Positions 23,729 through 41,914 of a DNA stretch of 64,000 nucleotides are shown here, piece after piece. Under the pieces are notes generated by a model that was not told the DNA's origin, searched no databases, and saw nothing but the letters and a program-made list of their open reading frames with translations. Numbering within the stretch: the first letter of the stretch is position 1; every line of letters starts with the position of its first letter. The DNA is taken from positions 200-64,199 of the forward strand of contig QCTN01000007.1 of the NCBI GenBank assembly GCA_003211135.1. Reading direction: 5' to 3'. Position numbers and translations under genes: made by a program. This stretch comes from Prochlorococcus sp. AG-673-L20 (lineage in GTDB: Bacteria; Cyanobacteriota; Cyanobacteriia; PCC-6307; Cyanobiaceae).

Positions 23729-24442
23729 TTGGATTTACAAACTCAGATGAAACAAATAGTTGCTGATGCAGCTATTAAAGAAGTAGAAGATGGAATGATC
23801 TTGGGTTTAGGATCAGGTTCAACAGCAGCACTTATGATAAAAAGTCTTGCTGAACAAATTAGATCTGGCAAATTAAAAAATGTTAGAGGAGTTCCAACTT
23901 CCTTTCAATCAGAGGTTCTTGCATTAGAACTAAATATTCCTTTAATTGATTTAGCTTCAGTTCCTCAAATTGATTTAGCTATTGATGGAGCAGATGAAGT
24001 AGATCCCGATTTCCAATTAATCAAGGGTGGAGGAGCTTGCCATGTCCGAGAAAAATTGGTTGCATCCAAAGCAAATAAATTATTAATCGTTGTTGATGAA
24101 ACAAAGTTGGTACATAATTTAAACCAAGTTTTCCCTCTCCCTGTAGAGGTTCTGCCTTCTGCTTGGAACCAGGTGAAAGATATAATTACAGAAATGAGTG
24201 GAGTTTCTAATTTAAGGATGGCTACAAAAAAAGCTGGCCCAGTTGTCACCGATCAAGGTAATTTGATTTTGGATGTTTTATTTAAGGCTGGCATAAAAGA
24301 TCCGAAAGATTTAGAAATGCGTATCAATAATATTCCTGGAGTCTTAGAAAATGGATTGTTTGTTGATTTAACAGATAAGGTTTTGGTGGGTAGAATCGAG
24401 AACAACATTCCTAAATTATTTTCACCTTTAAGGAGGAGTTAA
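23729..24442 (+). CDS. rpiA: Ribose-5-phosphate isomerase A
   Basis: GLGSGST, DGADE, KGGGA, TDQGN. Confidence 0.97.
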   Translation: MDLQTQMKQIVADAAIKEVEDGMILGLGSGSTAALMIKSLAEQIRSGKLKNVRGVPTSFQSEVLALELNIPLIDLASVPQIDLAIDGADEVDPDFQLIKGGGACHVREKLVASKANKLLIVVDETKLVHNLNQVFPLPVEVLPSAWNQVKDIITEMSGVSNLRMATKKAGPVVTDQGNLILDVLFKAGIKDPKDLEMRINNIPGVLENGLFVDLTDKVLVGRIENNIPKLFSPLRRS

Positions 24443-25725
24443 TCTTCAAATCTAATTTTTATGGAATTTGCATGACTATGTAAACCCTCACTGTTTGCCA
24501 AATTTATAATATCTAAGCTGTTGATTTTTAAACTTTTTTCATTAAATTCAATTATTGATGAGTTCTTCATGAAAGTTTCAACTCCTAATGAGCCACTAAA
24601 TCTAGCATTCCCGCATGTAGGTAAAGTATGGTTTGGCCCAGCTAAATAATCACCTACAGCCTCCGGGGTCCATTTTCCTAAGAATATCGCACCTGCATTT
24701 TCAATAGTTTTAAGCGTGTTTTTTGGATCAATAGTGATTATTTCTAGATGTTCTGGCGCGAACTCATTGCTTAGTTCTATGCATGATTCCATATTATCGC
24801 AAATAGCAATTAATCCCCAATTATTAATTGATGGAATACAGATTTCTTTTCTTGGGTGATGCTCAATTTTCTTAAAGACTTCATCAAAAACTTCTTGAGC
24901 TTGATCCTTTGATGTGGTCAAAAGTATTGAGGAAGCTAATGGGTCATGTTCGGCCTGGGCTAATAAATCTGATGCTATTTGAGAACTTTTAGCTGTTCTA
25001 TCCGCGATGATTAAAATTTCACTTGGACCTGCTAACGAATCAATTCCAGTAAATCCATAAATTAACTTTTTAGCAGTAGTGACATAGACATTTCCAGGTC
25101 CCGAAATTACATCAACTTTATTTATTTGCTTTGTACCAAACGCTAGAGCTCCAATTGCCTGTGCTCCCCCAACTCTAAAAACTTTATCAATTCCTGATAA
25201 GTAAGCAGCAGCTAAAACAGTTTTATTTATTTCCCCTTTTGTATTCCCTGGAGATACCATTGAGATTTCATTAACACCGGCTACTTTTGCAGGTATCGCA
25301 TTCATTAAAACTGTACTTGGATATGCCGCTCTGCCTCCAGGAATATATAAGCCAGCATTTTTTACAGGCATCCATCTTCTTTGGACGGAGTCACCATGTT
25401 CACCTCTTATAGTGAATGATTTAGGGATTTCTTTCTCATGGAATTCTTTAATTCTTTGATAGGCTTTTTCTAATGATTGTTTTAAATGTTGATCTGTCTC
25501 ATCCCAAGCAGTCTTTATATCCCTAGGATTTACTTGCATTGGTTTAGGATGAAATCCATCAAATTTTTTTGTATATTTTTCCACAGCTTTATCTCCATAA
25601 TTTTTTACCTCTTGAAGAATATCTTCAACGATTGAATTTAATTTTTTATTGTTTCCAGCAGTAGTTCGTTGAGAAATTCTTTTCAACTCCGCGAGTGCCT
25701 TTTGTTTATTATTTATAATCTTCAT
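24439..25725 (-). CDS. hisD: Histidinol dehydrogenase
   Basis: [33 protein letters not shown]. Confidence 0.98.
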   Translation of the reverse strand: MKIINNKQKALAELKRISQRTTAGNNKKLNSIVEDILQEVKNYGDKAVEKYTKKFDGFHPKPMQVNPRDIKTAWDETDQHLKQSLEKAYQRIKEFHEKEIPKSFTIRGEHGDSVQRRWMPVKNAGLYIPGGRAAYPSTVLMNAIPAKVAGVNEISMVSPGNTKGEINKTVLAAAYLSGIDKVFRVGGAQAIGALAFGTKQINKVDVISGPGNVYVTTAKKLIYGFTGIDSLAGPSEILIIADRTAKSSQIASDLLAQAEHDPLASSILLTTSKDQAQEVFDEVFKKIEHHPRKEICIPSINNWGLIAICDNMESCIELSNEFAPEHLEIITIDPKNTLKTIENAGAIFLGKWTPEAVGDYLAGPNHTLPTCGNARFSGSLGVETFMKNSSIIEFNEKSLKINSLDIINLANSEGLHSHANSIKIRFED

Positions 25726-25853
25726 ATTTTTAATACTTAATTAGAATTTAATTGATTAATTACATAACTAATTTATCTAAAACAAATTATATATTATTGA
25801 TTAGACGACTATCTCTTTGGTATGATAAAAATCTATATCTTATTTTAATTTCT

Positions 25854-26147
25854 GTGGCCAATAACAAATCAGCTAAAAAAAGGATTCAAGTTGCTGAAAG
25901 AAACCGTTTAGTTAATAAATTATATAAATCCACAGTTAGAACACTTACAAAAAAAACATTGGCTAACTGTGAGAAATATAAGCAAGAACCTAATTCAGAT
26001 AACAAAGATCTAATTCTATTAAGTGTAAATGAAGCATTCAGTCTTATTGATAAGGCAGTAAAAAAGAATGTTCTACATAAGAACAACGGTGCTAACAAAA
26101 AATCAAAGATCAACAAAGTAGTTAAAAATTTCCTTACAAGTAAGTAA
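25854..26147 (+). CDS. rpsT: 30S ribosomal protein S20 (GTG start; the ORF track over-extends the 5' end)
   Basis: (M)ANNKSAKKRI..AERNR, IDKAVKK..LHKN. Confidence 0.95.
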   Translation: MANNKSAKKRIQVAERNRLVNKLYKSTVRTLTKKTLANCEKYKQEPNSDNKDLILLSVNEAFSLIDKAVKKNVLHKNNGANKKSKINKVVKNFLTSK

Positions 26148-26153
26148 GTAAAT

Positions 26154-26963
26154 ATGAGCGATATTGAACTTATTGATTCTCATTGTCATTTAATATTTGA
26201 AAACTTTGAAGAAGATTTAGATGAAGTTGTTTCAAGATGGCGGTCAATAGGAGTAAAAAAATTACTTCATGCTTGTTGTGAATTATCAGAAATTCCTAAA
26301 TTACAAAAAATATCTCGAAAATTTGATGAATTATATTATTCAGTTGGTTTACATCCTCTTGAAGCTAACAAATGGGAATATAACTCTAAATCCATATTGA
26401 AAAATGCAGCCCAATGTGACTCAAGAGTTGTCGCTATTGGTGAATTAGGGTTAGATTTTTTTAAAAGTGATAATACAAATAAACAGATAGAAGCTCTTTT
26501 GCCTCAAATGCATTTAGCCCATGAACTTGAATTGCCTGTAATTATTCACTGTAGAGATGCTGCAAATGAGATGATAAAAATCTGTAATGAGCTATCCAAA
26601 CAAGGTAAATGTCCTACAGGAGTATTACATTGTTGGAGCGGAACACCACATGAGATGAAGCAATTTTTAGATCTTGGATTTTACATCAGTTTTAGTGGAA
26701 TAGTTACATTCCCAAAAGCTTATGAAATTCATGAATGTGCAAGAACTGTCCCTAGTGATAGATATCTAATAGAAACAGATGCTCCCTTTTTAGCTCCTGT
26801 CCCGTATCGAGGGAAAAGAAATGAGCCAGCTTTTGTTGAAAGTGTGGCTATGTCTATAGCTAGTTTAAGATCTTCTGAATTGAAAAATATTGCCGATGAG
26901 TCATCTAGGAATGCTGAAGATTTGTTTAAATTTGACTTGATAAACAAACACATAACCTGTTAG
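26154..26963 (+). CDS. tatD: TatD family DNase
   Basis: DSHCH, GLHP, AIGELGLD, HCRDA, LHC, ETDAPFL. Confidence 0.95.
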   Translation: MSDIELIDSHCHLIFENFEEDLDEVVSRWRSIGVKKLLHACCELSEIPKLQKISRKFDELYYSVGLHPLEANKWEYNSKSILKNAAQCDSRVVAIGELGLDFFKSDNTNKQIEALLPQMHLAHELELPVIIHCRDAANEMIKICNELSKQGKCPTGVLHCWSGTPHEMKQFLDLGFYISFSGIVTFPKAYEIHECARTVPSDRYLIETDAPFLAPVPYRGKRNEPAFVESVAMSIASLRSSELKNIADESSRNAEDLFKFDLINKHITC

Positions 26964-27080
26964 TATTAAAAATTACTGGAAATTAATTTTAATTATTAGT
27001 AAATAGCTTGTTAAAGTGCGGTTATTGTACCTTTATCTTTAATAATTTAAGCTATTCTTTAATTGTGATATTTGTTGAAT

Positions 27081-27121
27081 TCAAGATTAAAATCTCGATT
27101 TCAATGATTAAATCTCGATTT
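27081..27121 (+). repeat. Two-copy 20-nt tandem repeat with palindromic core upstream of rpoB
   Basis: TCAAGATTAAAATCTCGATT / TCAATGATTAAATCTCGATT. Confidence 0.7.
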
Positions 27122-27187
27122 TTTTACTTATAATAAAGGTTTAATTTTAGTAATTAGTAAATCTTACAGAATGGCGGGTTTTCTTGG

Positions 27188-30100
27188 ATGAGCAGTAGCG
27201 CTTTACAGATAGCTAAAACAGCAACTTATTTACCAGATTTAGTTGAGGTACAAAGGGCAAGTTTCAAATGGTTTCTGGAAAAAGGTTTAATCGAAGAATT
27301 AAAAAGCTTTTCTCCAATTACTGATTACACAGGTAAATTAGAATTACATTTTATTGGAGAAGAATATAGGTTAAAAAGACCTAGACATGATGTTGAAGAA
27401 GCTAAGAGAAGGGATGCAACTTTTGCTTCGCAAATGTATGTAACTTGTAGATTAATAAACAAAGAAACAGGAGAAATTAAAGAACAAGAAGTCTTTATTG
27501 GTGAACTTCCTTTAATGACAGAGAGAGGAACCTTCATTATTAATGGAGCTGAAAGAGTAATAGTCAATCAAATAGTACGTAGTCCAGGAGTCTATTTCAA
27601 AGATGAAATGGATAAAAATGGTAGGAGGACTTATAACGCTAGCGTTATACCAAATAGAGGAGCTTGGCTTAAATTTGAGACAGATAAAAACAATTTACTT
27701 TATGTAAGGGTTGATAAAACAAGGAAAATTAATGCACATGTACTAATGAGAGCTATGGGCCTCTCAGATAATGATGTGGTTGATAAATTAAGACATCCTG
27801 AGTTTTATAAACAATCGATTGATGCTGCTAATGATGAAGGCATAAATTCAGAAGATCAAGCTCTTTTAGAACTTTATAAAAAATTACGCCCTGGTGAACC
27901 ACCTTCTGTTTCTGGAGGTCAACAACTTCTACATAGTAGATTTTTCGATCCCAAAAGATACGATTTAGGAAGAGTTGGTAGATATAAAATTAATAAAAAA
28001 TTAAGATTAACCGTTCCAGATAATGTCAGAACTCTTACACATGAGGATGTTCTTTCTTCGATTGATTACCTTATTAACCTAGAACTTGATATTGGTGGGG
28101 CAAGCTTAGATGATATTGATCATCTAGGTAATAGAAGAGTTAGGTCTGTTGGAGAACTTCTGCAAAACCAAGTTAGAGTTGGCCTTAATCGACTAGAAAG
28201 AATTATTAAAGAAAGGATGACTGTTGGCGAGACAGACTCGCTTACTCCTGCTCAGCTAGTAAATCCCAAGCCTTTGGTAGCTGCTATTAAAGAATTTTTT
28301 GGATCCAGTCAGTTAAGTCAATTTATGGATCAAACAAATCCATTAGCTGAATTAACTCATAAAAGAAGAATTTCAGCATTAGGTCCGGGTGGGCTAACTC
28401 GAGAAAGGGCAGGTTTTGCCGTTAGAGATATTCATCCTTCTCACTATGGAAGATTATGTCCTATCGAGACTCCTGAAGGTCCAAATGCAGGACTTATTAA
28501 TTCTCTTGCAACACATGCAAGAGTTAATGAATATGGCTTTATTGAAACACCTTTTTGGGAAGTAGAGAAAGGAAGGGTAATTAAAGAAGGTAATCCTGTT
28601 TATTTATCAGCTGATTTAGAAGATGAATGTAGGGTTGCGCCTGGTGATGTGGCGACGGATAAAAAAGGTAATATTCTCGCAAGTTTAATTCCAGTAAGAT
28701 ATAGACAAGATTTTGAGAAAGTTCCTCCTCATCAAGTTGATTATGTTCAGCTCTCCCCTGTTCAAGTTATTTCAGTTGCCACTTCTCTTATCCCCTTCTT
28801 GGAACATGATGATGCTAATAGAGCTTTAATGGGTTCTAATATGCAGCGTCAAGCAGTTCCATTATTAAGACCTGAACGACCTCTAGTCGGAACGGGATTA
28901 GAATCCCAAGTAGCCAGAGATTCCGGTATGGTTCCAATCACGAAAGTAAATGGAATCGTTTCTTATGTTGATGCTAATGAAATAGTTGTAAAAGATATAG
29001 ATGGTAATGAGCATGTTCATTATCTCCAAAAATACCAGAGATCTAACCAAGATACCTGTTTAAACCAAAGACCAATTGTAAAAAATGGAGATCAAGTTAT
29101 TTCTGGTCAAGTCCTTGCTGATGGTTCAGCTTGTGAAGGTGGCGAAATAGCTTTAGGACAGAATGTCTTAATTGCATACATGCCATGGGAAGGCTACAAC
29201 TATGAAGATGCAATATTAGTAAGTGAAAGGATGGTTACTGATGATCTTTATACTTCAGTACATATTGAGAAATATGAAATAGAAGCTAGACAAACTAAAT
29301 TAGGCCCTGAAGAAATTACCCGAGAAATTCCAAATATTTCAGAAGAAAGTTTGAACAACCTTGATGAAATGGGAATCATAAGAACAGGAGCTTTTGTGGA
29401 AAGTGGCGACATTCTTGTAGGAAAAGTTACTCCCAAGGGAGAATCTGATCAACCACCTGAAGAAAAACTTTTGAGAGCTATATTTGGTGAAAAAGCAAGA
29501 GATGTGAGAGATAATTCTCTTAGAGTTCCTAAAACAGAAAAAGGAAGAGTTTTAGACGTTCGTATTTATACTAGGGAGCAAGGTGATGAGCTACCTCCAG
29601 GAGCGAATATGGTTGTAAGGGTTTATGTCGCTCAAAGGAGAAAAATACAGGTAGGAGACAAGATGGCTGGTAGGCATGGTAATAAAGGCATAATAAGTAG
29701 AATTTTACCTAGGGAGGATATGCCTTATTTACCAGATGGTACTCCAGTTGATATTGTATTAAATCCTCTTGGGGTTCCAAGTAGAATGAACGTAGGACAA
29801 GTTTTTGAATTGTTGATGGGTTGGGCTGCATCAAACTTAAACTGCCGTGTTAAAGTTGTCCCGTTTGATGAAATGTATGGTGCTGAAAAATCACATCAAA
29901 CCGTACAAGCATTTTTAAAGGAAGCATCAAAGCAAGATGGTAAGGATTGGGTTTACAATCCCCAAGATCCTGGAAAATTATTACTTAAAGATGGTAGAAC
30001 TGGCGAACCTTTTGATCAACCTGTTGCTGTTGGATATTCCCACTTCCTAAAGCTTGTTCACTTAGTAGATGATAAGATTCATGCTAGATCAACTGGTCCA

Positions 30101-30481
30101 TACTCATTAGTTACTCAGCAGCCCTTAGGTGGTAAAGCTCAACAAGGTGGACAGAGACTTGGAGAGATGGAAGTTTGGGCTTTAGAAGCATATGGAGCAG
30201 CTTATACTTTGCAAGAACTTTTAACTGTTAAATCAGATGATATGCAAGGAAGAAATGAAGCATTAAACGCAATAGTTAAAGGTAAACCTATCCCTAGACC
30301 AGGAACTCCGGAATCATTTAAAGTTCTAATGAGAGAATTACAATCCTTGGGTTTAGATATCGGTGTATATACCGATGAAGGTAAGGAGGTTGATTTAATG
30401 CAAGATGTGAATCCGAGAAGGAATACCCCTTCAAGGCCTACTTATGAATCTCTAGGAACCTCTGAATATGAGGAAGATTAA
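27188..30481 (+). CDS. rpoB: RNA polymerase beta subunit
   Basis: [30 protein letters not shown]. Confidence 0.99.
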   Translation: MSSSALQIAKTATYLPDLVEVQRASFKWFLEKGLIEELKSFSPITDYTGKLELHFIGEEYRLKRPRHDVEEAKRRDATFASQMYVTCRLINKETGEIKEQEVFIGELPLMTERGTFIINGAERVIVNQIVRSPGVYFKDEMDKNGRRTYNASVIPNRGAWLKFETDKNNLLYVRVDKTRKINAHVLMRAMGLSDNDVVDKLRHPEFYKQSIDAANDEGINSEDQALLELYKKLRPGEPPSVSGGQQLLHSRFFDPKRYDLGRVGRYKINKKLRLTVPDNVRTLTHEDVLSSIDYLINLELDIGGASLDDIDHLGNRRVRSVGELLQNQVRVGLNRLERIIKERMTVGETDSLTPAQLVNPKPLVAAIKEFFGSSQLSQFMDQTNPLAELTHKRRISALGPGGLTRERAGFAVRDIHPSHYGRLCPIETPEGPNAGLINSLATHARVNEYGFIETPFWEVEKGRVIKEGNPVYLSADLEDECRVAPGDVATDKKGNILASLIPVRYRQDFEKVPPHQVDYVQLSPVQVISVATSLIPFLEHDDANRALMGSNMQRQAVPLLRPERPLVGTGLESQVARDSGMVPITKVNGIVSYVDANEIVVKDIDGNEHVHYLQKYQRSNQDTCLNQRPIVKNGDQVISGQVLADGSACEGGEIALGQNVLIAYMPWEGYNYEDAILVSERMVTDDLYTSVHIEKYEIEARQTKLGPEEITREIPNISEESLNNLDEMGIIRTGAFVESGDILVGKVTPKGESDQPPEEKLLRAIFGEKARDVRDNSLRVPKTEKGRVLDVRIYTREQGDELPPGANMVVRVYVAQRRKIQVGDKMAGRHGNKGIISRILPREDMPYLPDGTPVDIVLNPLGVPSRMNVGQVFELLMGWAASNLNCRVKVVPFDEMYGAEKSHQTVQAFLKEASKQDGKDWVYNPQDPGKLLLKDGRTGEPFDQPVAVGYSHFLKLVHLVDDKIHARSTGPYSLVTQQPLGGKAQQGGQRLGEMEVWALEAYGAAYTLQELLTVKSDDMQGRNEALNAIVKGKPIPRPGTPESFKVLMRELQSLGLDIGVYTDEGKEVDLMQDVNPRRNTPSRPTYESLGTSEYEED

Positions 30482-30503
30482 ATACTTTACCAAAACTTTC
30501 TAA

Positions 30504-32423
<1,920 letters not shown>

Positions 32424-32439
32424 TCCTCTAAAAAACTAA

Positions 32440-36558
<4,119 letters not shown>

Positions 36559-36604
36559 AAGCTATTCTCATTTCTAGTTAGTAGAATGCTATTTTAAATT
36601 TTAA

Positions 36605-37837
<1,233 letters not shown>

Positions 37838-37905
37838 TCAAATTTAAAAACTTTTTATTAAATTCAACTTAAACACGTTATTATTAATTTAATTATTTTT
37901 TTTCA

Positions 37906-38031
37906 TTGGGTTTTATAAGAACTAAGCTTTTACCTTTTGCAATTGTTAGCCTATTTGGGTTAGCTTTTTTTGCTGTAAGTGCAAGGATTTGGCTACCTGG
38001 CGATATGATGTCACCTGCTCCTATTAATTAA
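37906..38031 (+). CDS. 41-aa single-TM small protein (TTG start); not in the ORF track
   Basis: MGFIRTKLLPFAIVSLFGLAFFAVSARIWLPGDMMSPAPIN*; coding-like GC content; stop lies just upstream of the HEAT gene. Confidence 0.75.
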   Translation: MGFIRTKLLPFAIVSLFGLAFFAVSARIWLPGDMMSPAPIN

Positions 38032-38050
38032 TCTTTATTTTTACTTGATA

Positions 38051-38821
38051 ATGACTAAAAGAAAGGATATTCAAAATGAAAGTTTGGCAGAAATAGCAAT
38101 AGATCCTGATGTTTTAGCTAAAGAATTATCAGTTGACCTTGAAATTGATCCTTTAGAACAGATTGATAAAGATGGTTTCTCAAGAGGCACTTTAAATAAA
38201 AATTTAGAATGCGATGAGGCTTTAAAATTACTTAAGGGTGACAGAGAGCAAAGAATACAAGGCTTAAGAATATTTTGTGAATATAGAGATAAAAGATCTT
38301 TCTCTCTTTTAATACCATTACTTGATCAACCTTGCCCAGTTGAAAGAATGAGTGCCGTATATGCATTGGGGAGAAATCCATTCCCTAGCGCAGTTGAAAA
38401 ATTGGTTAGTTTATTAGAAACAGACGACAATGCATATGTTAGAAGAGCTACAGCTTGGAGTTTAGCTAATTATGATAATCAAATTGTTTTGAAGCCATTA
38501 ATCAATTCTTTAAAAAATGATGTAGCTTCAGTAAGATTATGGTCATCTAGTTCTCTAGCTGAGATTGGAAGCGCCTCACCCTCTAATGCTCAGTTAGCGG
38601 CTGAACAACTATTAATTAGCTTGAAAATAGATAATGAGCCCGTGGTAAGAAGCAATTGTATATGGTCTTTATGTAGATTGTTTGAAAAATTAAATGAAAT
38701 TTCGCAAGAGAGTTTTGTTGATGAATGTACAAAAATTGCTCTTTTTGATAAAGAACCTTCAGTTATGGAAGAAGCAAAAACCGCCTTGGATTCAATGGGA
38801 ATGAAAGGGTTTTATAAATAG
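38051..38821 (+). CDS. HEAT-repeat (PBS lyase-like) protein
   Basis: Repeated VR..A..L units (ERMSAVYALG, VRRATAWSL, VRLWSSSSL, VRSNCIWSL); alternative TTG start at 38045. Confidence 0.85.
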   Translation: MTKRKDIQNESLAEIAIDPDVLAKELSVDLEIDPLEQIDKDGFSRGTLNKNLECDEALKLLKGDREQRIQGLRIFCEYRDKRSFSLLIPLLDQPCPVERMSAVYALGRNPFPSAVEKLVSLLETDDNAYVRRATAWSLANYDNQIVLKPLINSLKNDVASVRLWSSSSLAEIGSASPSNAQLAAEQLLISLKIDNEPVVRSNCIWSLCRLFEKLNEISQESFVDECTKIALFDKEPSVMEEAKTALDSMGMKGFYK

Positions 38822-38872
38822 AGTTTTTTATTTATTAAGTAATCAATATAAAAAAATATATTTTAATTAACT

Positions 38873-38915
38873 TGTACCAACTGAAACAATTATTTTTCGT
38901 TATCGTAGTTAAAGT
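38873..38915 (+). promoter_or_regulatory. Putative NtcA-activated promoter (tGTA-N8-AACa, 22 nt, TAAAGT)
   Basis: TGTACCAACTGAAACA at 38873-38888; TAN3T at 38910-38915. Confidence 0.55.
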
Positions 38916-38939
38916 ATCATTAATTAGTACTTGATTTTA

Positions 38940-39155
38940 ATGCCTCAAAGAACATTAAGATTCAAAATTCATCAAGATGGAAGAGTTGAAGAAACTGTTG
39001 AAGGATTCAACGGTAACGCATGTAATAGTGCAACAAAAAATCTTGAAGGTGCTCTTGGCGAAGTAAAAGTCAAGAATAAAACTTCAGAGGCATTTATCTC
39101 TAACCAAAGCGAAAAATCAAATCAAATTAACAACGAATCTAATGTCACATTTTAG
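38940..39155 (+). CDS. DUF2997 family protein
   Basis: MPQRTLRFKI..DGRVEE.VEG..G..C...T..LE..LG. Confidence 0.85.
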   Translation: MPQRTLRFKIHQDGRVEETVEGFNGNACNSATKNLEGALGEVKVKNKTSEAFISNQSEKSNQINNESNVTF

Positions 39156-39534
39156 TACTATCAAAACTCAACTTAAGGAAGTAAAACCCCTTATTAAAGC
39201 TTTAGATCAACTCGGTTACGTAGTAAATCAGGAAAAAAAGTTTGTCAAAGGTTACAGAGGACAATTTACAGCGGTTGATATAAGCATGGATTTGCCTAGC
39301 GAAACTAAAGTTGGATTCAAATGGGATAATAACTCTAACTCATATGAATTAGTAACTGATCTCGACCTTTGGAAGTTTGATTTACCGGTTGAAAGGTTTA
39401 TTTCAAAAGTTACTCAAATGTATGCTTACCAAACAATTATCTCTAAAACACAAGAGGACGGATACCAAATAGTTGAGCAAAAAAACAAAAATGATGGCTC
39501 TATCGAATTGGTTCTCACTAAGTGGGAAAGTTAA
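39142..39534 (+). CDS. ycf35: Ycf35 / DUF1257 family protein
   Basis: MSHFSTIKT, VKGYRGQ, YELVTDLDLW, TQMYAY, DGSIELV. Confidence 0.9.
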   Translation: MSHFSTIKTQLKEVKPLIKALDQLGYVVNQEKKFVKGYRGQFTAVDISMDLPSETKVGFKWDNNSNSYELVTDLDLWKFDLPVERFISKVTQMYAYQTIISKTQEDGYQIVEQKNKNDGSIELVLTKWES

Positions 39535-39537
39535 TAA

Positions 39538-39903
39538 TTGGATAGTAATTCCTTAAGTGCAAATTACAATTATGTTGAAACTAAAGAACTAACAGGTTTT
39601 GAGCCTGTTCTAGGTGGAGAATTAACTGAAAAAGCAGTTTGGGTTGATGAAAGTAGATGTATAGGTTGTAGATATTGTGCTCATGTAGCTACTAATACTT
39701 TTGTAGTTGATGATGATTATGGACGGAGTAGAGCAATAAGACAAGATGGAGATAATCTTGAAACGGTGCAAGAAGCTATTGATACCTGTCCAGTGGATTG
39801 TATTCATTGGGTTGAATTTGGAAACTTAGAAGATCTAGAAAGTAGTCTTGATAGGGATATGTTTCAATCTCTGGGAAAACTACCAAGAATGAATAAGCAT
39901 TAA
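39538..39903 (+). CDS. Bacterial-type ferredoxin (Fed7-like)
   Basis: VDE..CIGCRYCAHVA ... AIDTCPVDCIHWV. Confidence 0.9.
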   Translation: MDSNSLSANYNYVETKELTGFEPVLGGELTEKAVWVDESRCIGCRYCAHVATNTFVVDDDYGRSRAIRQDGDNLETVQEAIDTCPVDCIHWVEFGNLEDLESSLDRDMFQSLGKLPRMNKH

Positions 39904-39909
39904 TTTCTA

Positions 39910-41109
39910 ATGGAGTTACCTTGTCGCAGATTTGGTAGAACCAATCTAAAAATGCCTGTTTTGTCCTTAGGAGGCATGAGATTCCAAAAAAGTTGGGATG
40001 AATTAAAATTTTCAGAGATTTCACGAAAAGAACAGAATAAAGTTGAAAATATATTGAATCTTGCAAATAAATTTGGTTTTAATCACATAGAGACAGCTAA
40101 GTATTATGGTACTTCAGAAATACAGTTAGGTATGGGTTTCAAGAGTATTGAAAAAATACCAAAAATCATTCAAACAAAAATCCCTCCTAATCGTGATCCC
40201 AAATTATTCGAAGCAGAACTTTTGAAGAGCTTTGAAAGATTGCAAGTAAAGAAAATTGACTTATTAGCAATTCATGGCATTAATACACCTGAACATCTTC
40301 ACCAATCTGTAAAAGATGGAGGCTGTATTGATATTTTAAAAAAATTTCAAAAAGAAAATTTAATTGGATATATAGGATTTTCTACTCATGGAGAATCATC
40401 TCTTATAAAAAAAGCGATATCTACAAATTTGTTTGATTATATTAATTTGCACTGGTATTTCATAAATCAAACGAATTCCAAGTTAATTGAGTTAGCTCAT
40501 AAATATGATCTTGGAGTTTTTATAATAAGTCCTACCGATAAAGGCGGACATCTTCATACTCCATCAACAAAAATTTTGGAACTTTGTAGCCCTTTACACC
40601 CAATAGTATTTAACGATCTTTTTTGCTTAAGGAATAAAAATGTTCATACAATTAGCGTCGGTATAGCGAAAGAGCAAGACTTTAATTTACATTTAGAAGC
40701 AGTTTCATTATTGTCAGAATCTGATCATTATATTCCTAAAATACTAAATAGATTACAAGAGGAATCTATAAATTCATTAGGTAAAGAGTGGTATAAAAGT
40801 TGGGATAAAAATTTACCAAATTGGAAAAATACACCAGGAGGAATAAATATTCCGGTTCTTCTCTGGCTCGCGAATTTAATAGATTCCTTTGATTTAGAAG
40901 GATTTGCAAAATCCAGATACCAATTACTTGGTAATGGAAGTCATTGGTTTCCAGGCAATAATGTAAATTTGTTAGATGTTGATGTATGCGAAAGTCAATT
41001 ATTAAAAGTTTTAGAAAGGCATATACAACCCAAAAAGGTTATAAAGAAATTAAGAGCCTTAAAAGACAAGTTTGGGGACAAATCATTATCAAGATTATCA
41101 AAAAATTAA
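39910..41109 (+). CDS. Aldo/keto reductase family oxidoreductase
   Basis: RRFGRT, SLGGMR, HIETA.YYG.SE, GFSTHG. Confidence 0.9.
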   Translation: MELPCRRFGRTNLKMPVLSLGGMRFQKSWDELKFSEISRKEQNKVENILNLANKFGFNHIETAKYYGTSEIQLGMGFKSIEKIPKIIQTKIPPNRDPKLFEAELLKSFERLQVKKIDLLAIHGINTPEHLHQSVKDGGCIDILKKFQKENLIGYIGFSTHGESSLIKKAISTNLFDYINLHWYFINQTNSKLIELAHKYDLGVFIISPTDKGGHLHTPSTKILELCSPLHPIVFNDLFCLRNKNVHTISVGIAKEQDFNLHLEAVSLLSESDHYIPKILNRLQEESINSLGKEWYKSWDKNLPNWKNTPGGINIPVLLWLANLIDSFDLEGFAKSRYQLLGNGSHWFPGNNVNLLDVDVCESQLLKVLERHIQPKKVIKKLRALKDKFGDKSLSRLSKN

Positions 41110-41825
41110 CCTTTGAGTGGATATTTTTCAGCCTTACCAACACTTCTAGGATAAATATCAGGGCAAGATGCTTTTGGCTCAATAAAAATAGTATTACGTA
41201 TCCCTTTTCCTCTGGGAAGAAAATTACTTTTAATTTCTAGGATTTTTCCTTCTAAAACGTTTAATGTATTTTCTAAATTTTTATTATCTTCATTGGTCCA
41301 CTTCCCACAATATAAAATTCCTAATCCGTTTGATTTCAACATAGGTAATATATATTCAGAAACTGTTGAAGGATTACTAACTGCTCTTGCTGTTGCAATA
41401 TTAAAGCCATTTTTAAATGAAGATTGACGGCCAATGTTTTCAATACGATCATTTATTACAAATATATCGTTTTTGAATTTAATACTTTTGATAATTTCTT
41501 TTAGTGAATCTGTTTTTTTTTTAGAGGAATCCACTAGATATATTTCTGAATTAGGATGTGTTATCGCATAGGCAAATCCTGGGAAACCACAACCTGATCC
41601 AATATCAATAAATTTTTTATTATCAAAATTTTTATTTGTATTTTCTTTAAATGTCCAAAGACTGTCGTAAACTTGTGTTATCCAGTAATCATCTCTTTCA
41701 GTTAATCTAGTTAAGTTAGTTTTATAATTTAGTTCTTGGATTTTTATCTGTAATTCTCTAAACATTATTATTTCCTCTTCAGTTAATAAATTGAGAAGTT
41801 CATTAGGGATACTTTCTTTTTTCAT
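41106..41825 (-). CDS. rsmG: 16S rRNA m7G527 methyltransferase RsmG (GidB)
   Basis: NLTR, DIGSGCGFPG, ARAV, YPR.VG. Confidence 0.95.
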   Translation of the reverse strand: MKKESIPNELLNLLTEEEIIMFRELQIKIQELNYKTNLTRLTERDDYWITQVYDSLWTFKENTNKNFDNKKFIDIGSGCGFPGFAYAITHPNSEIYLVDSSKKKTDSLKEIIKSIKFKNDIFVINDRIENIGRQSSFKNGFNIATARAVSNPSTVSEYILPMLKSNGLGILYCGKWTNEDNKNLENTLNVLEGKILEIKSNFLPRGKGIRNTIFIEPKASCPDIYPRSVGKAEKYPLKG

Positions 41826-41914
41826 TGAGTTTTAAGTAGTTTTTCTTCTCGATAATTAAAAATATTCAATTTTATTAAAATTGACTAGAATATTTTTAAT
41901 GATGATTAAATTTT

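Noticed and set aside
25752-25853. N-terminal extension of rpsT in the ORF track
   Set aside because: S20 homology begins at GTG 25854; the upstream part is the AT-rich hisD/rpsT divergent promoter region
39776-40066. 96-aa minus-strand ORF spanning the ferredoxin/AKR junction
   Set aside because: Antisense to two well-supported genes; no motif
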